A stretch of DNA of 64,000 nt, from positions 64,041 through 128,040 of the forward strand of contig CBFGTN010000001.1 in the NCBI GenBank assembly GCA_965652075.1, in the 5' to 3' direction. A program made the position numbers and the translations under genes. Numbering within the stretch: position 1 is the first letter of the stretch; every line of letters begins with the position of its first letter. Source of the DNA: an uncultured bacterium. Its GTDB lineage: Bacteria; Chloroflexota; Limnocylindria; QHBO01. Below are positions 57,376-64,000 of the stretch, in pieces. Below the pieces are notes generated by a model that did no database searches, was not told the origin of the DNA, and was given only the letters and a program-made list of their open reading frames with translations.

Positions 57376-58157
57376 GCGGACTCCGCGTCGAGCGCGACGG
57401 CCCGTTCGCGCGGGTCACGCTCGACCGGCCGGAGGTCCGCAACGCCTTCAATGCCGAGCTGATCGGCGAGCTGCGATCGACGTTCGAGTCGCTCGCGACG
57501 GAGGGGCCGGACGCGCTGCGGGGCGTCGTCCTCGCCGGCGCGGGGCCGGTGTTCTGCGCGGGTGCCGACGTCGAGTGGATGCGCTCGGCGATCGGGCTGG
57601 GCGTCGAGACCAACGAGCGCGACGCGGCCGCCCTCCACGCGATGCTCGCCGCCGTCGACCGCTGCCCGGCGCCCGTGGTGGCCCGCGTGCATGGCGCCGC
57701 CCTCGGTGGCGGCATGGGGCTGTGCGCCGTCGCCGACGTCGTCATCGCCACAGCGGACGCGACGTTCGGGTTCACGGAGACGAAGCTCGGCATCATCCCG
57801 GCCGTCATCAGCCCGTTCGTCCTCGCCAAGATCGGTGAGTCGAATGGCCGCGCGCTCTTCCCGACCGGCGAGCGTTTCGACGCCGATCGCGCCCTTCGCA
57901 TCGGGCTCGTCCACGAGGTCGTGCCCGACGAGGTGGGGCTCGACGCGCGCGTCGATGCCGTGCTCGCCGAGCTGCGCTCCGCGGGCCCCACGGCGGCACG
58001 GGCGGCGAAGGCGCTCGTGCGCGAGCTGCGGACACTCGGTGCCGAGGAGGCGCGCCAGCACACGATCCGCCACATCGCCCAGCAGCGGACCTCGGCAGAG
58101 GGCCAGGAAGGCCTCGGCGCGTTCCTCGACAAGCGCCCACCGCGCTGGGGCGAGTAG
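57372..58157 (+). CDS. Enoyl-CoA hydratase (methylglutaconyl-CoA hydratase-like)
   Basis: GTG start overlaps the upstream stop (GTGA). Crotonase motifs RNAFN, FCAGADV, GAALGGGMGL. Confidence 0.85.
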   Translation: MSGLRVERDGPFARVTLDRPEVRNAFNAELIGELRSTFESLATEGPDALRGVVLAGAGPVFCAGADVEWMRSAIGLGVETNERDAAALHAMLAAVDRCPAPVVARVHGAALGGGMGLCAVADVVIATADATFGFTETKLGIIPAVISPFVLAKIGESNGRALFPTGERFDADRALRIGLVHEVVPDEVGLDARVDAVLAELRSAGPTAARAAKALVRELRTLGAEEARQHTIRHIAQQRTSAEGQEGLGAFLDKRPPRWGE

Positions 58158-58160
58158 GCG

Positions 58161-59210
58161 GTGCCCCGCCCGACGTTGGAGGTCCCGCCGAAGCCGCGTC
58201 CCGGGGCGCGCGTGGCGGTGGTCTCGCCCTCATGGGCAGGTCCGGGCGCCTATCCGGCCATCCACGAGCTCGCGATGCGCCGGCTTCGCGACGAGATCGG
58301 CGTCGAGCCGGTCGAGTTCCCGACCACCCGTCGTCTCGACGCGTCGCCGGCTGACCGCGCGGCAGATCTCATGTCCGCCTTTCAGGATCCGACGATCGGG
58401 GCGGTGATGGCCTCGATCGGTGGTGACGATCAGCTCACCGTCCTTCCGCACCTCGACCGCGAAGCGTTCCGCTCGAATCCCAAGCCGTTCTTCGGATACA
58501 GCGACAACACGAACCTGCTGAACTGGCTGTGGAACCTCGGGATCGTCAGCTTCCACGGGGGCTCGACCATGGTGCACCTGGGTCGCGGAGGGGCCCCGCA
58601 CCCGGTGTCGATCGACTCCCTGCGCGCGGCCCTGTTCACTTCCGACACGCTCCAGCTCACGGCGGTCGAGTCCTTCAGCGAGGACCCGATCGGGTGGGAC
58701 ACGCCCGCAGCGCTCACTGACGAGCCGCCACAGCGACCGAGTGCCGGCTGGCGGTGGCACCGACCGGATCGAGTCGTCGAGGGGCCGACCTGGGGCGGCA
58801 ACCTCGAGGTGCTGCACTGGAACCTGGCCGTCGGCCGGTGGATCCGGCCGGCGGAGGACTACGCCGGATGCATCCTGCTGCTCGAGAAGAGCGAGGAGAT
58901 GCCCTCGGCGACGGAGGTCTTCCGAATGCTCCGCAACATCGGTGAGCGCGGACTGCTCGGAGGGTTCCCGGCGGTCGTAACGGGGCGCCCGAAGGCGTGG
59001 AACGTCGGCCGGCCGACCGGCGATGATGAGCGCAACGCGTACGCGGCCGAGCAGCGCGACGCGATCCTGCGCGCGCTCGATCGATATGCCCCGGAGGCGA
59101 TGGCGGTCTTCGACGTCGACATCGGCCACACCGACCCGCAATGGGTCGTGCCGTACGGGGGGACGATGCGGATCGACGGTCCCGCGCGCACGATCCACGT
59201 CCGCTACTGA
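58161..59210 (+). CDS. S66-family LD-carboxypeptidase-like protein
   Basis: VAVVSPS, AVMASIGGDD, FFGYSDNTNLL (Ser nucleophile context), and a C-terminal His/Glu region. Confidence 0.8.
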   Translation: MPRPTLEVPPKPRPGARVAVVSPSWAGPGAYPAIHELAMRRLRDEIGVEPVEFPTTRRLDASPADRAADLMSAFQDPTIGAVMASIGGDDQLTVLPHLDREAFRSNPKPFFGYSDNTNLLNWLWNLGIVSFHGGSTMVHLGRGGAPHPVSIDSLRAALFTSDTLQLTAVESFSEDPIGWDTPAALTDEPPQRPSAGWRWHRPDRVVEGPTWGGNLEVLHWNLAVGRWIRPAEDYAGCILLLEKSEEMPSATEVFRMLRNIGERGLLGGFPAVVTGRPKAWNVGRPTGDDERNAYAAEQRDAILRALDRYAPEAMAVFDVDIGHTDPQWVVPYGGTMRIDGPARTIHVRY

Positions 59211-59231
59211 CTGCCCTGCGACAATCGCGAC

Positions 59232-61265
59232 ATGCCCGATGACCTGACGCCGCGGCAGGTGGCCGACGAGCTCGGTGTCACCGTCCGAACGGTCCAGCGC
59301 TGGATCGTGGACGGTCGATTGCCGGTGACGCACGTCGGCTCGCGCGTCCGAGTGTCGCGTTCGTCGCTTGCTGCCGTCACGGATGCCGCACCGGGTCCGG
59401 AACCAAGCGCCGTCCCGATCCGGACCCTGCTGGTGGCCAACCGGGGTGAGATCGCCGCACGCGTGGCACGCACCGCGCACCGCCTCGGCATGCGCGTGGT
59501 CGGGGTCCACGCCCCGGATGACCGACCGGCGGATGACGCCGATGAGGTGCACGGGATCCCGAGCTACCTCGACGCGGCGGCGATCGTGTCAGTGGGCCGT
59601 CGCACGGGCGCGGACGCGGTCCACCCCGGCTACGGATTCCTCGCGGAGAACCCGGACTTCGCCCGAGCGGTGGCCGAGGCCGGGATGCGCTGGGTCGGGC
59701 CTCCCGCGGACGCGATCGCCGCGATGGGCGACAAGGCCGAGGCACGACGCCGGGCTGCCGCGCACGGCGTGCCGACCGTCCCCGGCTACGACGGATCCGC
59801 ACAGGACGACGCGGCGCTGGTCGCCGAGTCCGAGCGCGTCGGATACCCGCTCCTCGTCAAGCCGAGCGCCGGCGGCGGCGGCAAGGGCATGCGCGTCGTG
59901 CGCGACGCCGCGGAGCTGCCGGAGGCGCTCGCCGCCGCACGTCGCGAGGCGGCACGCGCATTCGGCGACGATCGGCTCATCCTCGAGCGCTACCTCGAGC
60001 GCGTGCGGCACGTCGAGGTGCAGGTGCTCTTCGACGCCGCCGGCGCCGGAGTGCACCTCGGCGAGCGCGACTGCTCCGCTCAGCGCCGCAACCAGAAGAT
60101 CGTTGAGGAATCGCCGGCGCCATCGGTCACGCCGCAGCTCCGCGCGCGGATGGGCGACGCGGCCCTGGCCGTTGCGGCGGCCTCCGGCTACGTCAGCGCC
60201 GGCACGGTCGAGATGCTCCTGACCGATGCGGGCGAGTTCTTCTTCCTCGAGATGAACACCCGGCTCCAGGTCGAGCACCCGGTGACCGAGGCGGTGACCG
60301 GCCGGGACCTCGTCGCGGACCAGCTGGCGATCGCGGGCGGTGCGACCCTCGCCGACCTCGGCCTCAGCCGCCCGCCGCAGATCCATGGCCACGCGATCGA
60401 GGCGCGCCTCTACGCCGAGGACCCGGAGTCCGGCTTCCTGCCCGCGACCGGCAACCTGGCGCTCGTGCGGTGGCCCGACAACATTCGAGTCGATGCCGGG
60501 GTGCGGGAGGGCGACGCCGTCAGCGACCGCTACGACCCGATGGTGGCGAAGCTGATCGCCCACGGGCCGAGCCGCGCCGACGCGCTGGAGCGGCTGCGTC
60601 GCGCGCTGGACGACACGTCGATCCTCGGCGTGCGGACGAACCTGCGCTTCCTGCGCTGGCTCCTCGCGAGCCGGGAGATGCGCGACGGCGACGTGCGGAC
60701 CGACACGATCGCCGGCCTCGACCTGCCGGGTCCGCCCGCGCCGACGGACGAGCACTGGCAGGTCGCGGCGCGCCTCGCCGACGGACAGCCGAGCGCCGAT
60801 CCGTGGGCCGGTGGCTGGCGCCTGAACGCCCCTGCCACCCGCCGCATTCGTCTCGGCGACGACGAGCGCGCCGTGGCGATCGATGGGCCGCCATCGGGCA
60901 TCCGGGCTGTGCGCGACGGCGCAACGATCCACGTCGAGGTGGACGGCCAGAGCCTCGACTTCGCGATCGCGGAGCCGCCGACCGTCGAGGCGGCCGCCGC
61001 GCACGCATCCGCCGGATCGGCCGGCGCGTCGGTGCTGACCGCGCCGATGCCCGGTCGCGTCATCGCCGTGCGGGCCGCCGCCGGCCAGGCCGTCCACAGT
61101 GGCGAGATCGTCGTCGTCATCGAGGCGATGAAGATGGAGCACGCGGTCGTGGCTTCGATGGACGGGACGCTTGTCCGCGTCGAGGTGCGCGAGGGCGAGC
61201 AGGTCGACCGCGGGATGGTCGTCGCGGAGATCGCGGCCGGCGAGGAGGGTACGCTCAGCCGATGA
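59232..61265 (+). CDS. Methylcrotonyl/acyl-CoA carboxylase alpha subunit (biotin carboxylase + BCCP) with an N-terminal excisionase-type HTH
   Basis: Residues 6-48, LTPRQVADELGVTVRTVQRWIVDGRLPVTHVGSRVRVSRSSL, form an HTH_17-like domain. Then come IRTLLVANRGEIA, the ATP-grasp motif GGGGKGMR, and the biotinyl motif EAMKMEH. It is one uninterrupted frame. Confidence 0.9.
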   Translation: MPDDLTPRQVADELGVTVRTVQRWIVDGRLPVTHVGSRVRVSRSSLAAVTDAAPGPEPSAVPIRTLLVANRGEIAARVARTAHRLGMRVVGVHAPDDRPADDADEVHGIPSYLDAAAIVSVGRRTGADAVHPGYGFLAENPDFARAVAEAGMRWVGPPADAIAAMGDKAEARRRAAAHGVPTVPGYDGSAQDDAALVAESERVGYPLLVKPSAGGGGKGMRVVRDAAELPEALAAARREAARAFGDDRLILERYLERVRHVEVQVLFDAAGAGVHLGERDCSAQRRNQKIVEESPAPSVTPQLRARMGDAALAVAAASGYVSAGTVEMLLTDAGEFFFLEMNTRLQVEHPVTEAVTGRDLVADQLAIAGGATLADLGLSRPPQIHGHAIEARLYAEDPESGFLPATGNLALVRWPDNIRVDAGVREGDAVSDRYDPMVAKLIAHGPSRADALERLRRALDDTSILGVRTNLRFLRWLLASREMRDGDVRTDTIAGLDLPGPPAPTDEHWQVAARLADGQPSADPWAGGWRLNAPATRRIRLGDDERAVAIDGPPSGIRAVRDGATIHVEVDGQSLDFAIAEPPTVEAAAAHASAGSAGASVLTAPMPGRVIAVRAAAGQAVHSGEIVVVIEAMKMEHAVVASMDGTLVRVEVREGEQVDRGMVVAEIAAGEEGTLSR

Positions 61266-62167
61266 ACGACCGTGACGTCCGCGTCTACGAGGTCGGGCCT
61301 CGCGACGGGCTCCAGAACGAGTCGGAGCCGATCCCGACCGATGCGAAGCTGCGCTTCATCGAGCTCCTGGCCGATGCCGGCCTGCGCGAGATCGAGGCGA
61401 CGAGCTTCGTGTCCCCGCGCGCGATCCCGCAGCTCGCCGACGCCGACGGCCTCATGGCCCGCCTCGAGCGGTGAACGGGCGTGCGCTACCCCGTCCTCGT
61501 CCCGAACGAGCGTGGCCTGGCGCGGGCGGAGGCCGCGGGAGCCGACGCGGTGTGCGTCTTCACCGCGGCGTCCGAGGCATTCACGGCGCACAACATCAAC
61601 ATGACGATCACGGAGTCGATCGACGCATTCCGCCCGGTCGTCGCCCGCGCGCGCGAGCGTGGCTGGTGGACCCGTGGCTACGTGAGCACCGCGTTTGGCT
61701 GTCCCTACCAGGGCGCCGTCGACGAGGCCGCGGTCGTCGACGTCTCGCAGCGGCTGCTCGAGCTGGGCGTCGACGAGCTGAGCATCGGCGACACGATCGG
61801 CGTCGCCGCGCCGGCTGACGTGCGCCGCGTCGTCGAGGCGCTGCGTGTCGCCGGGATCCAAACCGAGCGGCTGGCGATGCACTTCCACGACACGCGGGGC
61901 ACGGCGCTCGCCAACGTGTCGACGGCGCTCGAGCTCGGGATCCGCTGCTTCGACGCGTCCACCGGCGGCACCGGCGGCTGTCCCTACGCCCCCGGCGCGG
62001 CGGGCAACCTCGCCACCGAGGACCTCGTCTACCTCCTCGATCGGGAGGGCGTGCACCACGGGGTCGACCTCGACCGGCTGCTCGTCGCCGCGCGGCACAT
62101 CAGCGAGGTGCTCGGACGCCCGCTGAGCACGAAGGTGGGCCAGGCGGGCGGCTGGCGTCTACCATAG
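61262..62167 (+). pseudogene. Hydroxymethylglutaryl-CoA lyase interrupted by an in-frame TGA (61472-61474)
   Basis: The N-terminal part 61262-61474 carries GPRDGLQNE. The same frame continues after TGA-ACG-GGC with GTG 61481 (V)RYPVLVPN...HFHDTRG...GGCPYAPGAAGNLATEDLVY. The join aligns with ...PGxxYxVLxPN of HMG-CoA lyases. Confidence 0.8.
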
Positions 62168-62174
62168 GCGGCCG

Positions 62175-63149
62175 ATGGACGCCGAGGCTGCGCCACGCCC
62201 ACTGATCCTGGACGTCGACACCGGGATCGACGACATGATCGCGCTGCTCATCGCCGCCACCAGCCCCGAGATCAACCTGCGCGGCGTGACGTGCGTCGCG
62301 GGCAATGTCGAGATCCATCACGTCGCCCGCAACACCGGCAAGCTGCTGCGCATGGTCGGCCGCGGGGACGTCCCGGTCAGCATCGGCGCGGCACGGCCCC
62401 TCCAGCGCAGGCTGCGGACCGCGCCCGACACGCACGGTCCCACCGGCACCGGCTACGTCGAGCTGCGCGGCGAGGATCGGGCCCTCGGCACGACCGAGTA
62501 CACGGCGATCCCCGCCAGCCGCTACATCGCCGCGCACGTCGGCCGCCACCCGGGCGAGATGACGATCGTCGCGCTCGGGCCGCTGACGAACCTCGCGGCC
62601 GCCGTCCAGCACGGCACCGATCTGGCCGGTGCGACCCGCGAGGTGATCTGGATGGGCGGCACGCTCGAGGAGCGGGGGAACACGACGGAGACCGGCGAGT
62701 GGAACGCCTGCGTCGATCCCGAGGCCGCCGAGCTCTGCCTGGGCGCCGGCTCCGTGCACCGCATCTTCCCGCTCGACGCCACCCAGGACGTGATCTTCAC
62801 GATGGAGGACCTCCAGGCGCTCCCCGAGACGCACCTGACCGGCATCGTCCGGGATGCGGTGCGGTTCTACGTCGGCTTCCACCGCCAGGCCGATGGGATC
62901 GACGGCGCGTACCTGCACGACCCCGTCGTGCTCATCGGCTCCCTGCTGCGCCCGGACCTCGTGACGGACGAGGTCACCGAGACGCTCGCATGTGACACGA
63001 GCGCCGATCCGTACCTGGGCGGCAGCCTGTATCGGTCGGATGACCCCGCCCGCCGACCGGTTCGCGCCGCGCTCGCGATCGACCCCGAGGGGATGAAGGC
63101 GGAGCTGATCTCGCGGCTCACCCGCGCGGTCAGCGTCCCGTACAGCTGA
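62175..63149 (+). CDS. Nucleoside hydrolase (IUNH family)
   Basis: The LILDVDTGIDDMIAL (DxDxxxDD) fingerprint, and 324 aa. Confidence 0.9.
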   Translation: MDAEAAPRPLILDVDTGIDDMIALLIAATSPEINLRGVTCVAGNVEIHHVARNTGKLLRMVGRGDVPVSIGAARPLQRRLRTAPDTHGPTGTGYVELRGEDRALGTTEYTAIPASRYIAAHVGRHPGEMTIVALGPLTNLAAAVQHGTDLAGATREVIWMGGTLEERGNTTETGEWNACVDPEAAELCLGAGSVHRIFPLDATQDVIFTMEDLQALPETHLTGIVRDAVRFYVGFHRQADGIDGAYLHDPVVLIGSLLRPDLVTDEVTETLACDTSADPYLGGSLYRSDDPARRPVRAALAIDPEGMKAELISRLTRAVSVPYS

Positions 63150-63179
63150 GTACCGTCGCGCACTGAGGAGGGTCCCATC

Positions 63180-64000
63180 ATGGTCGTCCGCTGGATCGCT
63201 GCCCTCATCGCGTTCCTTGCCGTCGCCGTCATCGGCATCCTCGCGATCGGAGACTTCAATACCGGCCTCGACCCCGGCAACTTCTTCGACACCGAGGGGG
63301 CAGATTCGTTCGCGCTCATCGGTGCGATCGGCCTCGTCGCCGCCTTCGTCGTCTACGCCGCGGTCGAGTACGCGCAGACTCGCGCGCTGACATCGATCTC
63401 GTCGCAGTTCGACACGCGCACGATCGTCCTCATGCCGATCGCGATCGCGATCAACATCATCCTCGGGGCGACCGTCGCGAACGCGCTGAAGATCCCGGTG
63501 TACCTCGACAGCATCGGGACGATCCTCGTCGCCGCCCTTGCCGGTCCGATTCCCGGCGCCCTGACCGGGGCGCTGTCGAATCTCCTATGGACCTACGTCC
63601 TGCCGCCGCCCTTCCAGAACGGGCCAGCTGCTGCGTTCGCGATCGTTGCCGCAGTCATCGGCGTGATGGCCGGGCTGATCGCACGCGCCGGTTGGCTCCG
63701 CCCGCGGCCGAACACGCCGTCGGGCCAGCTCGTGGTCGGTGCCGTCATCACGGTCGGCGTGATCGTGGGCATGTCGTGGCTCGCCTACCTCGGCTGGACG
63801 TCCCCGGCGTTCGGCGGCGAGGTCAACCTCGACGTCGCCGGCTCCGAGGTGATCTTCACGATCCTGGGCTGGGTCGTCCTCGCGCTCGTCGCCGGGACCG
63901 TCATCGGCCTGCTCGTCGTGCTCTTCGTCCGGCGCGACCTCGCGGCGGCCTATGTTGTCGTTGCCGGCCTGGCCACCGGCATCGTCGCTGCCCTGATCAG
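63180..64000 (+). CDS. ECF-transporter S-component-like membrane protein (partial, runs off the window)
   Basis: ATG 63180 after GAGGAGG, and the frame is open to the window end (not in the ORF track). VYLDSIGTILVAALAGPIPGALTGALSNLLW is typical of ECF S components. Confidence 0.6.
   Translation, partial: MVVRWIAALIAFLAVAVIGILAIGDFNTGLDPGNFFDTEGADSFALIGAIGLVAAFVVYAAVEYAQTRALTSISSQFDTRTIVLMPIAIAINIILGATVANALKIPVYLDSIGTILVAALAGPIPGALTGALSNLLWTYVLPPPFQNGPAAAFAIVAAVIGVMAGLIARAGWLRPRPNTPSGQLVVGAVITVGVIVGMSWLAYLGWTSPAFGGEVNLDVAGSEVIFTILGWVVLALVAGTVIGLLVVLFVRRDLAAAYVVVAGLATGIVAALI

Noticed and set aside
59232-59420. Excisionase-type HTH as evidence of a prophage or integrative element.
   Set aside because: No integrase, att-like repeats, or phage or conjugation genes are present. 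The HTH is in frame with a metabolic enzyme.
61472-61474. TGA as selenocysteine or a reassigned sense codon.
   Set aside because: TGA clearly functions as the stop for many neighbouring genes, including several ATGA/GTGA overlaps. The aligned position in HMG-CoA lyases is a variable linker residue, not Cys. I see no obvious SECIS-like hairpin immediately downstream.

Overview
Very GC-rich, gene-dense bacterial chromosomal segment (GC not computed; the gene content looks Actinomycetota- or Chloroflexota-like). I support about 60 CDS. I recognised no rRNA, tRNA, CRISPR array, transposase or integrase. The many long antisense or out-of-frame ORFs in the track are Arg/Gly/Pro/Asp-rich GC artefacts.

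Most genes are housekeeping or catabolic: hutU, a glutamate formimidoyltransferase, argS, kbl-tdh, pyrD, fumC, thyX, csaA, two aldehyde dehydrogenases, a gabT-like aminotransferase and a leucine-catabolism (mcc/liu) cluster. There are also two HisKA_3/LuxR two-component systems, an ECF sigma / DUF5667 anti-sigma pair, and several lipoproteins.

Main stand-outs:
1. Three consecutive surface-protein genes (13.9-20.2 kb) share an unusual C-terminal module, RESELGG(N/T)PTP ... [LV]PDTA - spacer - TM - Arg tail. No sortase-like gene lies in the window.
2. A translationally coupled operon encodes rsmI, an FmrO/Rmt-type 16S rRNA G1405 methyltransferase homologue and a divergent TGT.
3. A 46-nt hairpin-containing element occurs in tandem at two distant intergenic loci. 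One locus sits next to two perfect TTATCCACA DnaA boxes upstream of thyX.
4. An excisionase-type HTH is fused to the methylcrotonyl-CoA carboxylase alpha subunit.
5. HMG-CoA lyase is interrupted by an in-frame TGA.
6. A PAS-GGDEF protein has a degenerate active site (GSDGF) but an intact RxxD I-site.

All family assignments come from motif recognition by eye and need HMM or BLAST confirmation.
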